Positions 11,932-25,519 of a DNA stretch of 64,000 bases are shown here, one piece after another. The position numbers and the translations under genes are program-made. Under the pieces are notes generated by a model. The model was not told the origin of the DNA. It saw nothing but the letters and a program-made list of their open reading frames with translations, and searched no databases. Each line of letters begins with the position of its first letter. The first letter of the stretch is position 1. The DNA is from Azolla caroliniana (Eukaryota > Plantae > Polypodiophyta), in NCBI GenBank assembly GCA_043228905.1, contig JBHGNT010000015.1, positions 2,976,001 to 3,040,000 on the forward strand, given 5' to 3'.

Positions 11932-13489
11932 CGCACTCTTTCCTTCCCCCTTCTACTCGAGAATTCATTACGTTCATACCCCCCTCCCTCCCTCCCTCCC
12001 TCCCTCTTCCAACTTTTGCACAGGTTTCTCCACGTTCTCTGCTCACTTTGCAAACCCTAAACCCATTCCATGCCTGTCGTGTCAACTGTGTCCTCATCGT
12101 GTCCTCTTTGCAACAACAGTATGCTGTGACCTCGTTGTTCTGTGTCGTCGTTACATCGACATCAGGTGTTGTACTGTGTCCTCGCTGCATCGACCTGTGT
12201 CCTCGTCGTTTCCAATCTCTCAGGTATTCTCTCTCTCAACCGTTGTACTGTGTCCTCTGTTGGCCATGTTCTCGAGCTTTCCTCTGCTAGCCACGTTCTC
12301 TCTCTCAAGGGTTCTCTGAAGTGTGGTCTACACACCGTGTCCTCTTCGCATTGGTTTAGGGTTTCCTAGTCGTGTTCCCTCTACCTCCAACTGTTCCCTC
12401 ATATGTGGTTCCCTCTACCCGGTGTGTTTCAATCGCGTCCCCTCTTCAAAGACTTCGACAACGACATTTGGTACTTGTTTTACACTATATTTGTATGTTT
12501 GATTCTATCCGTTTCTTACATCTACAACCATAATGATGTTTGGGACATGTTTATCTGCATGTTTGATTCTATCTGTTATTATCGTTGTCGTGAAGATCTG
12601 TCACTATGTGCGGATCGTGAGGCGGAACCACTGGGGTCCTGGACCGGAAGGATTCAAGTACGCACAAGCTTTAGCGAGAAAGTATTTAAGATAGATTGAG
12701 AGAGAGAGAAATTGAGATTAATATGAGATTTAAACGCTTGACTTTAGGTTGAGAGAGATTGATATGGTGAGAGAGAGATAGAGAGTGAGAGAGATAAGAT
12801 CGAACTTTTAACTTTAGATTTCAGAGACAAGATACATCAACAATAGGGTTACAAGTTTCTTCTTTGATCATCCAAAAATTTTACCTTTCTCTTTTATAGA
12901 TGCCCTCATGCATTTGAGGGTATAAAACATGCATAAAATGCATGTTTGCCATTTGGCGCTCATGTATTACATGTGGTGCATGATAACCACGTCACTCATT
13001 TTAGCTCTCATGTATGAGAATTTACATGTAAAGTTATAATGATAAAAATATAATCTCTAAAGAAATGGATTGGCTTAAAGGTAAGCCTAATGCTTCCTAT
13101 CTTGGAGGTGTTAAGTTCGAGTTTTTCTTATATCTTTTTCTTTTATGCACAAAATACTATTAGGCTTTTGGACCAAACATCTTTAAGATACCATGCACCG
13201 CGATCAATCGACCCGACCGATCCTTCCGATTTGCATCCGTTTGGTCTGGTCCAGTCCATATACTGAGTCGCTTGCCGGTCACCGGATGCTGCCGGGTCAC
13301 CGTCACCGGTTGCCGCCGACTCACCGGGTCCATCACCGGTTGCCGCCGACTCACCATCGCCGGCTCACCAGCTCCACCACTGGTTGCTGGCTCCGTTGCC
13401 GGTTGCCGGCTAGCCGTATCTACCGCTGGATGCCAGTAACCGGGTTTACCGACACCGGTCGGTTGCTTGTTCCGTCGCCGGATGCCGTC

Positions 13490-16414
13490 GTTCTCCCATG
13501 GTATCACTACCCAGGAGGCGATTGTCCTTTCGATAGGTATCACCCGCTTTTGTCCATACATAAGCTCCGTTGGCATATACCCTATCACCGAGCTGTGTGT
13601 TGTTTTGTCGGCCCACAAGGCATAGGGCAATAATCGTGGTCAATTCTCCACTCGACCGTTGCATGCTCGCACGATGGCTTTGACGATGGGTCCATGCCCT
13701 CGTTCGATCTTCCCATTCGCTTCTGGATTGTAGGCAGTCGTGAGGGAGAGCTTCACGCCTAGTCGTTCGAAAAGCTCCGTTGCTTCGTGTGCGTCGAACT
13801 CCCCTTGGTCGGCGACTATCTTCGCCACACATCCGTATCGGTAGACAACCTCTTCAAGTAGAAATTTGCAAACAGCTGACGTCGTCTTATTTGTCAAAGC
13901 CTGCCCTTCCACTTGATTAGTCAAGCACTAAGTACTTCATTTGTCCCACTCCCATTGGCATTGAGACCAGATCAACCATCTATTTGAAGTGTATGGTGAG
14001 CGGGTATGTCGGTCCTGGCTCATCACGATGACGTATATTAGAATGTACTTGGCAAGTTTCGCATGTGGAGAAGAAATGGAGTACATCTTTGTACATGCTT
14101 GGCCACCAGTACTTTTCCTTCAACTTTTCGTACGTCGCCCATGTTCCTCTATGACTTGCCCAAGCACTCTCGTGGAATTCGGTCATCAGCGTCACTTGCT
14201 CTTCTTTCTTCACCACCACTCGGCATGGTATTCCCGTCCTTCTTTCTAGGTGTCGCCAAAGGAAGCCTCCCTTCAAGAAGTATCGATAAGCTTTCTTCCG
14301 GATTCGTAGAGCCTCCTCCTTTGTCAACGAAGCATCCGTCGCCATTGTTCTTAAGAATCTGCCAATCAGTAAACACTCTCCTTCGTACTCGTCCTCGTTG
14401 AAGGTGTGGAGGGTTAGTGTGTCCTTGTCTTGCGCCGATAATCAAGCCATCTTGAAGAAGTCGAGGGTGACGTCTTCATCTTCTGAAACCATGTCACTTT
14501 CACTTCTAAATCTTGCCCTTGACAGCATATCAGCCATGGCGTTCTTCTTGCCTGCAATGTGGTGGATCTCTGGGTTTAAAGACTTGACATAGGTGATCCA
14601 CCTTAGGATAGCTAAATCTGGGGTCGCACATCTCGATATCATTCCGAGGATTGGGAGACAATCTGTCTCTATTATCATTGCCGACCCAATCAGGTAATCT
14701 TTGTCCGTCTTCACTGCCGGCACAATACCCCAAAGTTCCCGCTTGACTTGGGCATATCTTTGTTGCCGTTCGCTGAGAACCTTTGCTCCGAACCGGATGG
14801 CATACCGTGCATTATCTTCTCCTTCTTGGTTGATGACCCACCCGATTCCGGTTGGGCTCGTATCTACAGTCACATAAATCGGCTTTCCTTCGCTATAGTC
14901 GGCCTTTCTTAGTGTTGGAGCTTCAAGAAGTAGTTTCTTCAATCTTCGCATCGCGTTCGTGTGCTCGTCTCGCCATTCAAACTTCACTCTTTTCTTTAGC
15001 AATCCATATAAAGGCTCAACGACATGGGCGTAGTGCAGAATCCAAATATGGTAAAATGCACATGCTCCAAGGAACCTTCGAACCTCCGTTAGGTTTATGC
15101 ATTTTTCTTTCATGTCCTGGATCACGTTCACCTTTGATGGCGAAGGCTTCCGGCCGTATGCTGCACATAAGTGACCTACCACCAAGATCTCTGGTTGACC
15201 GAATGCGGATTTCTCTCCTAAAAATGTCAAATTCGCGTCTTCGAGCCTTTGGAGCACCTTCTCGCAATCTTTCATATGATCTGCGACGAACTTTCTACAC
15301 CCTTCCTTATCTTTTGATTCATTCGTCTCTTCATCCGAACATCCTTTTATTGGAATATCATCCAAGAATGGCATCGTGATGTCCGGGATGTAATGTCACA
15401 ATTGTCGATCGCCAATTGGAATTGGTCATATCCGGAGTAGAGATCACCAATGGAGTAGATGGATTGGCCCGTAAACGCCTCGACAAATTCGTCCACGCTG
15501 AGACCGATTCCAGCATTCCGAATTGTCACCTTGTTGACGGGTTGAAGATCTTGGATAAATCGCAATGATCCATTCTTCTTCAGCACCGTGAACCACCTAT
15601 TAGAATAAGGAGCATTCAACGGTTCCAGAATTCCCATATTCACCTTCTCCTTTAAGAGCTCAATCAGCTTCGGTAGGTGTGCTCTCGGAACCGGTATCAG
15701 TTTCAAATTCCAAGGTACATGTGGCATCGTGAAGATCACCATCGGCTCTATCGTCCTTGGATCAGCACATCCGATTTCTTGTGGGAAAAATGCGAAAGCC
15801 TTCCCATGTCTCTCAAGCATGTCGCGAAACTTTCGCTCCTCTTCAGGGAGGAGGAAATCCTCCTTTCCAACTCGTAGCTTTCTTTTCGTATCTTCAATGA
15901 AGACATGCCCTATTGTCTTTTGGATCCCTTAAGCTTGGATCATTAGCGACTTCCTTCATCTTTTGCCAGCTATCTTCCGGTAGCGGAACCACAACTAACT
16001 TGATCTTCTTATCCACCGTTTTATATTTTGTGTTGACTTCAGCTTCCTCCATCAAGATGCCACGATAGTATTCATCGATGATAGCGTACATGTTGACGGA
16101 GTAAACCGAAATCATGCGTTGGTCGTGAGGATAGCTCAAGTCCACGACACCCTCGATTTCGTCGATGGTGTTGTTAAATGAGGCTTCTTCCATAATATGA
16201 GTCACGAACTCTTCTTCTTCTATTATGTTTTCTTCTTTCAGCATCTTCTTGAAATCTTGTATCCGACGCTTGTCCTTCTTGTCGGGTAGTACTAGTTTAC
16301 ATGCGCCGCTAGGTGTGACACATGTTGCTTCTCCTCGCAATCCACGTGCTCTATTTTCTTGTGGGGACTTGTGATTGCTCGGACTATTTGTGCTCCATGC
16401 TCCAATAGTCTGCT
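13490..16414 (-). pseudogene. pol: Gypsy D pol remnants (RT, RNase H, integrase)
   Basis: NRWFTVLKKNGSLRFIQDL, DLYSGYDQ, PFLDDIP, VTVDTSPTGIG, HRGTWATY..CETC, YNPEANGKIER. Confidence 0.88.
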
Positions 16415-18502
16415 CTAAAAATCTGGGGATTCGCCTCTAAGACTATCTCCATTTCTTTCATGATTAGCTCGCACCGTTAGGAATTGAAGAGATCTTTGAT
16501 TGTCAAGACTCTTGGTTCGTGCGAAGGTTGCTCCATTATCGAACACCTTGGTCTCCATCCAGGATGATGTGATATACAATTTTCCTAGGATGACAAGATG
16601 CGATGCCGATTCTTGCACGAAGAAGTGTTGATCCATCTCCACATCCCTGATCGCGACTTTAACATTGGGACAAGCTCCGTACAAGTCCTCCGTAGTCTTT
16701 GTTGCCGCGTGAATCTTCCATCCGTGATTTGTATTGATTGGCCATCTTCCTTTTTTGTAGAAGTCGGTTGACGTGAGGTTGATCTCTGAGCCATGATCGA
16801 TCAAGCCTACCACGGTCTCTTTCTTCTCCCCGATCTTCACCGGCATCTCCGTCGTCTCTTGTTCCCAATGAGGTCGAGTATAGTGGCTGTCCACCATTTC
16901 TTCATCAACTTCGTCTCTTGCCATCGTTATGGCATTTGCTTTCGCATTTAGTGGCTTCTCTTCTTCTTCGTCCGATTGTTTCCTTTTTCTCTTTACAAGG
17001 TCCACGATCATGTCGTCGAACTCCTTCGTAATGCCCAGTAATTCCCAGAAGGACAAAGTCACGTGGCTGTCAAGAACGCGTTCCTCGAGAATCTTCTTTA
17101 GGTCTGTCGTCTGCTCTATGTCCAACCTTAGCTTATAGGTAGGCATAGTCCTTGTCTTTCGAGCGGGGTCTTCAACACCAATCTTCACGGGCCGAACTGT
17201 TTCTTTGACTCGTTTGCTTGACTCACCTTCCTCCATTTGTAAAGATCGACTCGTTTCTGCATCTTCTTTCTTTTTCGTGTTTCTTGTTTCATGTCTTTTT
17301 GATGGGCCTTGCTCTTCTATTCTTTTTCTCTTTTCTTCGACGAACACCTCGTGGTAGTCGCACATCACTTCCGCGAGTATGGTCTTGTCATCCACCGGAT
17401 CCGACTACCCGGTTATGCTTTGCACGCTTCGGTTCACAAGCTCTACCTCGTTCGATGTGACCTTCCCCATCTTCTCATACTTGAGAACGGAAGACCAAAA
17501 TTTTTCTCCCACTTTCGCAACTTCATTTTTGTCTTTCCTGACTCTTATTCCGGCCGTTGCAGCATAGTGCATCGCATCCACATGAGTCACCTCATCATCT
17601 TCCATAGATTTCTTCATTCCCCCTCTTCCGAAATTCACCCGCAGGGGTCTTCGAGTTTTAGTCGAGTAGATCATGTTGTCATCTATGTATACGATATTTT
17701 GTCGGATCGCCTCTCGAAGGCTCGTGCAATCCCTTCTCATGGGGTCCATGCTATCGCACCACACGCATCTAAAGGGTTCTTTTCCTTTGGGGCCCTGATG
17801 ATTCATGTTGGCTAGCGTGACCATCTCGAAATTCATCACTAGCTCTTCGATGATGTTGTCATCAATCTTCTTTTCTTCCGGGCTGCTTTGTTTGGGCGAC
17901 TCAGCTACTGTCGGTTGTCTTGTTTTCTCCGCAATAGTCAATCCCGCCAAGTCGGTGTCATCAACCCACTGACGATGCTTGTCGAGCCTATTGCATGCTC
18001 GCTTCACCGCAACCCAGTCCGCCACAAGCCTGTTCGCTTGGGTATCATCTTCGAGGAGAGTCCCCAATTCTCGTCTATCCTTCATATCCACAACTTTCAA
18101 GAAATACAAAGTCTTGTCCTCTTCAAGCAGCACTTGGTCCGTGTTGGAGAGACAACTAAACATCTGGTCGAATTCGTCGTACACCCTCGAGGCGCTCATC
18201 TTCTTATTCTTCTTCTCTATCCACTTCATCAGGGCATGTCCAGTCATCCTCGTTGAGTCTTCAGTCACGAACTCCGCTAATATCGCTTTCTCAAACTCGG
18301 ACCATGGTGTCTTACCTTCTTGAAGCTCGATGACGCGTCTTTGGATGTTGTTGGTGACCACCCTCTTGAAACTTGTGATTTGTCGTGCTTCAGACACGTC
18401 TCTTTGATTCATCTGCCTTTTGTATGCGTCAAGGAACTTCGTAACGTTCCTTCCATCAAATTGACCCTCGAGCTCTACGATACAGTCGACATCCTTCTCC
18501 AA
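16415..18502 (-). pseudogene. gag: Gypsy D gag-protease ORF (one premature TAG at 17405)
   Basis: ORFs 17405-18502 and 16415-17395 are in the same frame. The stop aligns with a Trp (TGW) in elements E and F. Knuckle CVWCDSMDPMRRDC. Confidence 0.85.
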
Positions 18503-20266
18503 GCTTGCATCGTTGTTTCAAGATCTCATCATTTGTTCAACGATTATCATCATCCTTTCGAATTCTCCCGCTTGGTTGCTTGAGGATGCCATCTCCAAGT
18601 ATTGGCCGATCCTCAATTTGATCCTTCCTACCGCCTCTTTCACGTCGAGTTCACCATTTAATTATGTTGTGAAGATCTGTCACTATGTGTGGATCGCGAG
18701 GCTGAACTGTCGGGGTCCTGGACTGGAAGGATTCGAAGTACACACAAGCTTTAGCGAGAAAGTATTTAAGATAGATTGAGAGAGAGAGAAATTGAGATTA
18801 ATATGAGATTTAAACACTTGACTTTAGGTTGTGAGAGATTGATATGGTGAGAGAGAGATAGAGAGTTAGATAGATAAGATCGAACTTTTAACTTTAGATT
18901 TAAGAGACAAGATACATCAACAATAGGGTTACAAGTTTCTTCTTTGATCATCCAAAATTTTTACCTTTCTCTTTCATAGATGCCCTCATGCATTTGAGGG
19001 TACAAGACATGCATAAAATGCATGTTTGCCATTTGGCACACATGTATTACATGTGGTGCATGATAACCACGTCACTCATTTTAGCTCTCATGTATGAGAA
19101 TTTACATGTAAAGTTATAATGATAAAAATATAATCTCTAAAGAAATGGTTTGGCTTAATGGTAAGCCTAATGCTTCCTATCTTAGAGGTGTTAAGTTCGA
19201 GTCTTGCTTACATCTTTTTCTTTTATGCACAAAATACTATTAGGCTTTTGGACCAAACATCTTTAAGACACCATGCACCGCGATCAACCGACTCGACTGA
19301 TCCGTCTGATTTGCATTTGTTTGGTCCGATCTAGTCCGCATACCGAGTCGCTTGCCGGTCACCAGCCGGTCACCCGATGCCGCTGGCTCACTGGATCTGC
19401 TGGTGGTTGCCGCCGGCTTACTGTTGCCGGCTCACCAGCGATGCTGCCAGTTGCCGCCGGTTCCGTCGCCAGATGCTAGTAACCGGGTTTGCCGACACCG
19501 GTCGGTCACCGATTCCGTCGCCAAATGCCGTCGCCGGATCCTCGATCACCGGTTCCATTGCCAGTTGTCGGATCCATCCAGTCACCGGTTGCAGAATGCA
19601 TACAGTCACCGATTGCCGACTCCATTCGGTTTTCGATTCTATCGTCGACCGGTTTGTGTTTCTTCACCATTCAGTTCGGGCACTTAGCCACATCCGACGA
19701 CCTAGCCACATATGTCCATCTACACAAAAGTGGCTTAAGTCCAACTATTTTTTATGTGCTCTTAACACATAGATGAAATATGATGGATCTCAATCTGCTT
19801 ATATAGCTGCAGCCTAAACTTTCCTATCTATGTGGGATATTTCACAGTTCTATTTTTCTCTTTTTCTTTTGCAAAACTTCATACCCACATAAGTTGACAC
19901 TTAGATGTCCATTTCTTATGTAGTAAAGTGCATCTGAAAGCTCTTCAAGACCTCCATCTTTTTGTAGTTTTATGTGATTTTCACACCATTGCCGAAAATC
20001 TTCACGACATCGTTGAGGGTTTTGTTGTTGTTGTTGTTGGTCTCCCTTGATCATTTGATCATTTGAGCGCGTTGTACATGCATATGCTTGAATTTGAGAG
20101 TCAGAAAACATGTGTATATGTCAAGTATCAGGAGTTAACATTATGTTTCATATCCGACATCTCCTTGAATTGTATATTATTTAATATTGTTTACTATTGT
20201 TGTGCATGATTTACTGTTATTTACTATTGTTGTGCATGTGAGGCAAAGAAGAGAGACAGGATTCAC

Positions 20267-23200
20267 ATGACAAGGAAGATAGCCACAAAGAAGAAAATGG
20301 TCACCGAAAATTTCATCACACCATGCAAGGAAAGAAAAAGGACCCCCATCAAAGAAAGTAAGATGACCCCCGGCAAAGGGAGGTCAGGGTTTTCAGCAAC
20401 TGAGGGCAAAAAGGTTCACACAAACATCCTTCGAGGTTCAAAATTGGGATGGGGTCATTTCCTTCGTGCACGACCTGACACTTATGAAGACGTAGATATG
20501 TGGATGAAGCAAACTTGGGGCTCATCACAACCCGAGTTACGGAGAGGTTTCCACCTTACTCAATTGAAGAAGGATTATATTACTGAACTAAAGTCACAAT
20601 ATGAACAAGTTTATGATATGAAACATATCCTAAACAATGAGGTAGGATCTTTCTTTGCACGTGCATTTGCATGTGAACTCCATGGTGGCATTGAAGTTGA
20701 TTGGGAAGATTTTGCTCATCATCGATCATCACATTATAGAGGGTCCTCAAGTACCAACACTACCATGAAGTTTGAGGGTACCTCTCATATTGAAATCCCA
20801 ACTCGGACATCTGTGTTGACTCAACAAATTGCAAAACAGAAAGCTACACTGACAGAAAAACATGAAGAGCAATTGTTGCACTATATAGCTTTCATGCAAA
20901 CAAAAATGCAAGCATTGCTGGCCGATTTGGAAGAAGTTTCGTGTGGTGAGATGGTAGCAGAGAAACAATTCACATCTACATCGATTACATACAAATGGAT
21001 TGCATCAACAATCCAAAATTCTGAAAGTGATGTGTTAAAAGAGGAATTGAAGGAGCTCACAAGTATGGGCACTCATCTGGAAGCACAGAAGAAAGTTCTA
21101 GAGACATGGCGGTCTTCTCGTAATGAAATTGATGAGCAATTATCAGCCTTAAAGCTGCATTTAGAGAATGTAACATGTTTGATAAAGGGTCTAAAAGAAA
21201 AAGGTTTAGATACTCTATGTCCAGACATAGTTGAGCACCCCGCTTGCATGGAAAGTACAAATAGAAGCATTACTATATCATAGTAATGGTTTATATTTCT
21301 CCTTTATGACCTTCTATGGTATAAAATATCATTGGTACTAATATAGTGTATGTTGTGTCTCGTTACTGAAGGTGTTTATTCTGTGGCCTTGGATTCAAGC
21401 TTGAGTTTATGGATGTTATCATTACACCATGCTTGCACACATATCATTTGTTATGTGCTAAGTACCATTTCGAGAAAGAAAATATATGTTTGGACTGTAA
21501 AAGTACAGTTGGAGCCGAATGGTACCTAGCTTGGGGTTTAAAAGTACACTCCTATGGTACGTGATTAAGCATTATGTAATTTTTATACTATGATTTTATA
21601 ATTTTACTTTTGGTTCTGTTCTTACAGTTGGATCCAGGATGATTAGTCCATTTAGTGCAGATTATTTAGTACTAAATGTTTTAAATGTTTAGTTGTATAA
21701 CTTGTATTAGATTTAACATTGTTTATTGCATTGTTGCTTTGCATGATTAAGTACTAACAGTACTTATTCCATTGTATTACTTCGTGATCATTTGATTCAG
21801 TATTGATTATTTAGTATGGAGAGTCTTAAATGTTTAGTTGTATAACTCGTATTAGTACTAACATTCGTTAATTGCATTGTACTTTTTGTGTCCACTTTAC
21901 TTAGGCTTTCCATAACCGAACAAATAGGCATGTCGGTCTTGGTTGTTTAGTACTAACATTGCTCATTACCATCAGAAATATGAATGTCAAGGTGGTTCAG
22001 TACTATTCCTTTAAGATCCTAAGATGTTGATTAAGTACTAACAGTACTTTTTGAGTCCACTTGACTTAGGCTTTGCATAACCGAACAAATAGGCATGAAG
22101 GTCTTTGCTTTTTAATACTAACATTGTTCATTACCAGATGAAATATGTGTGTCTAGGTGGCTTAGTACTAATCCTTTAATTTCCTAAGATGTTGTATAAC
22201 TTGTATTAGTACTAACATTGCTTATTGCATTGTACTTTTTGTGTCCACTTGAATTAGGCTTTGCATGACCGAACAAATAGACATGAATGTGTTGGCTTTT
22301 TAGTACTAACATTGTTCGGATACTGATGAAATATGCATGTCCAGGTGGATCAGTACTATATTTGTTATTTTGGACTCATGTTATAATATGTACTCTTATA
22401 ATATGTACTCTTATAATATGTATGCTTATAATATGAATGTTGTAGTTTCTAGCAACACCACACCATGGAAGGTAATTGACAAACCAGGCCCTGCGTTACT
22501 ACGTACAGAGTCTGCTACAAATTCCAAAGTCCACGGTCGTTCCTTAGTGGTACTTGATGAAGTTTATGATGAAGATGAATTTATGAGAAAGGCCATTGGA
22601 ACAATTGAAGATGTGATTCTTGAAACAAAATCTCCTAGCTCGGCATGCCTTGACTTTGTGAATGGTAATGCTAATTGTGTTTGCCTTTCTAAATTCTGAA
22701 ATGTTGGTATACTACTAATTTATTATGTTTCTATGAAAGAGCCTACAAAGAAGCGTAATGCTGCAAGGAAATTATACAGAAAGGGGAAAAAATGCAAAGT
22801 TGATTGTTGTGGTGGGTAATACAAATTCTCACAAACTTGTAGCTGTTGTCATCTTGATGAGTTAGACTAATATTGCATACTTTTGTTTTTAGACAAGGAA
22901 GAAAAGAGTAATGAAAATGGAGTTACAGATTCAGAGCCACAATATGAAGAAGAATTTATCTCACTTCCAGGTACATGTTGGTAGCATATTACTTCGCGTG
23001 ACAATAATGTACATGTGTATTAATACATAGGGCATGATGAAGAGCCCCAAGTTGAGACTGGGATCATCCCAAGCAACAATGACGATGTAATAGTAGGTAA
23101 AAATTTGTCCCTTAACCTTAATCATTTGGCTAGGTGCCTTCACTTTTTCAGAATGTGAATTGATATTGTTCTTGGATCACTTTACTGTTATTTAGGAGTA

Positions 23201-23903
23201 GAAGAGCATGTAGATTCACAAATACCATCAGATGATTCAGGCAGTTTATGGAGCAATCTTGATTATTCTAGCTCAGATGCTAACACACATGAGGAATGTG
23301 AGATTAGTCAAAAAGAGGAGATGGAGTGTGAAAAGCTTGAGGTGACAAGCAACTTTGCAATGGAGTCTGCAGAGAATGTGAAAATGACCCAAGGAGAGAA
23401 TGAGGTGTGTGTCCAAAACACCACAAGCAGCCTTAATCTAGGGCAAGGATGTAATATTAAGGAGACCCCTGCAACTACCCAAGAAGGAGAGTGTGGTACT
23501 ACGAATGAGGTGTCTATCCAAAATACTGCAAGTAGCTTGCACTTGGAGCACTCTAATAATGTGGTAGTGGTGTCTACCCAAGGAGAGGAACATGTTTGTA
23601 CTCCTAATAATGTGGTAGTGGAAACTACCCAAGATGAGGAACATGTTAGTACTCCTAATAATGTGGTAGTGGAGCTAGAAAAGTTGAAGAATGACACGTC
23701 CAATGACCTCCAGGAGATTTCAAGCAGTTGCATCTCAAGCAGTTGCAACAGAGCACATTGTTCCCTCCAGCTTGGCTTCACCCTCGGATGATGAGTTGCC
23801 ACTAAGTAGTTTACTACCTCGTGGTTTTAAGATGAAGAAGGGTGTGAAATCTGAGAAGAATGAAACAAAAAATAGGCGCATTACAAGATCTAGAAAAAAC
23901 TAA
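20267..23903 (+). CDS. Multi-exon gene of unknown function inside the Sola-like element, convergent with the transposase (may be a pseudogene)
   Basis: 338-aa open frame (20267-21283) with a basic N-terminus and coiled-coil-like C-part. Downstream AG..GT-bounded putative exons near 22446-22663, 22740-22816, 22893-22971 and 23196-23903. Homologous segments recur at 41980-42520. Exon boundaries are approximate. Confidence 0.55.
21620..22365. repeat. Degenerate TTAGTACTAA-rich tandem repeats (intron of the second gene)
   Basis: Recurrent agtactaacatt / gtccactt..taggcttt..ccgaacaaatag units. Confidence 0.8.
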
Positions 23904-24129
23904 AACCAAAGTTTATTGTATATTGATCGTTTTATGTAATTGATTAACGAATCTTGACATAGATTTAATTTACTAAGTCATTGATGGAAATCATCTTTAG
24001 TACTAACGATAAGTTTATTGTATCTAGGTTGTTGTCTGTAATTGATAGGAATGTTAAGTTATTGTTTACCCTCATCGTGACATTGTTCTGGTTTACTTGT
24101 TATGCAAACATGTGACAGTGAGAAGATGC

Positions 24130-24168
24130 GTGATGAGTGATGAGTGATGAGTGATGAGTGATGAGTGA
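24130..24168 (+). repeat. (GTGATGA)5 heptamer repeat
   Basis: Directly visible between the two convergent genes. Confidence 0.9.
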
Positions 24169-25519
24169 CACTACAAGTTTGATACATATGTCTACGTTAG
24201 CAAACTCTTAACACAAATTTAGTACTAACTTGATATGCATTCTACTAATTTTGATACATATGAACTCCTAAAGAGTTATAGGCACACACATGATACATAT
24301 GAACTACTAAAGAGTTATAGGCACACATATGAACTCTTAACTTTGATACATATGAACTCCTAACGTTGATACTAACGTAGGCTCCAAGCACTAGACACTT
24401 CATGTAAAAGAAACAAACATATCTAAACCAAAGAGGAATATTGTTAGAAAACCCAAGATAAATATGAAAACCAGTTTGATATATTCCCTTTCATGTGTAA
24501 GTTAGAGTTTGAATACATGCAAAAGTTACATTAGACACAACACTTGCCATTCTAGGCATTAAAGAGGGAGACCTCCCCCAATATGTGTTCGTGTACCCCT
24601 TTGGGGACTTTGTAGACTGTGTTGTATCCCTTAACCTTGTGCTTTGCTTGAGTCATTTTGAACTTGATTGCGATAATGGCATCAGCATAGATAATTGCGG
24701 TGGGTGCATCTTTTAACAATGCATATGTGTTCTTGCATTGTGGCAACTTTGCATAGTAGTTGCCATACACGACAGACTCACCAACATTGAACATGTTGCC
24801 CTAGCCATCCCTCACGTCTTCTTCCAATATTGTATTTCCTTGCTTGCACACCACAACATAGTAGTCTTCAAAATCTTCATTCTGAGGAGATTTGAGCACT
24901 GCAAAATGATCTCCAATTTCCAATAATGTTGCCAAGTCCTCACACTAGTTGTAGTAGACAATATTGTCTGAATGTTCGTTTCCTTGGATATTCACGCTGT
25001 CTTCTATCTCTAGCTTCTGTTAGCTTCCATGGCTCCACAATTGATAGATTGGTGCATTCATCCCAAGCTTCATCTAAACACATGGAACAAAAGCACGACA
25101 AACTGCAGAATAACAATTGTGTTGTGTCCTTGCGACTAAACCCTAAAACACAATGGGTCTTGTGCGTCCCTTTCACGGTTTTACAACTGTATGATTTACT
25201 CCTATCCATCTCATTAGCACGAACCTCAATAAACAATCTATTCTTACCATCATTTGATATCTTCCATGTGAGCCACTCCACAACATCATGTGCATTTTGT
25301 AGCTTACACCTTTATTATCCAACTGCTCCGATGTAAGAGCACGCTTGATCACAGCCCCCGCGCCATCGTGCTCTCCCTTTCCATGTCCAGACCCGAAGTA
25401 GTTCGATTGCATCCTAATGTTTGTCAATGAGAAGTATCTGGCTGTTTTGCATGATAGTTAGCCAACAAACATAATTAATTGCATGACTTAAACCATAATT
25501 ATTACTTATACATGAGTGA

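Larger units (their letters stand above)
12586..20009 (-). mobile_element. Ty3/Gypsy element D (tRNA-Trp PBS), decayed, with internal deletions
   Basis: 5' LTR 18665-20009; 3' LTR 12586-~13490 truncated internally; ends TGTCGTGAAGAT..ATCTTCACGACA; TSD TCGT; PBS 18641-18656. Order gag-PR(LIDHGSEIN)-RT(PFLDDI)-RH-INT. Confidence 0.93.

Noticed and set aside
13193-13633. His/Arg/Pro-rich ORFs (also 19273-19776)
   Set aside because: They come from GC-rich CACCGG/GCCGG repeats within the D LTRs and are not conserved in frame between the two LTRs.
19842-20111. 89-aa ORF with polyQ and a basic NLS-like tail
   Set aside because: It straddles the D LTR boundary at 20009, so it is a chimeric chance frame.
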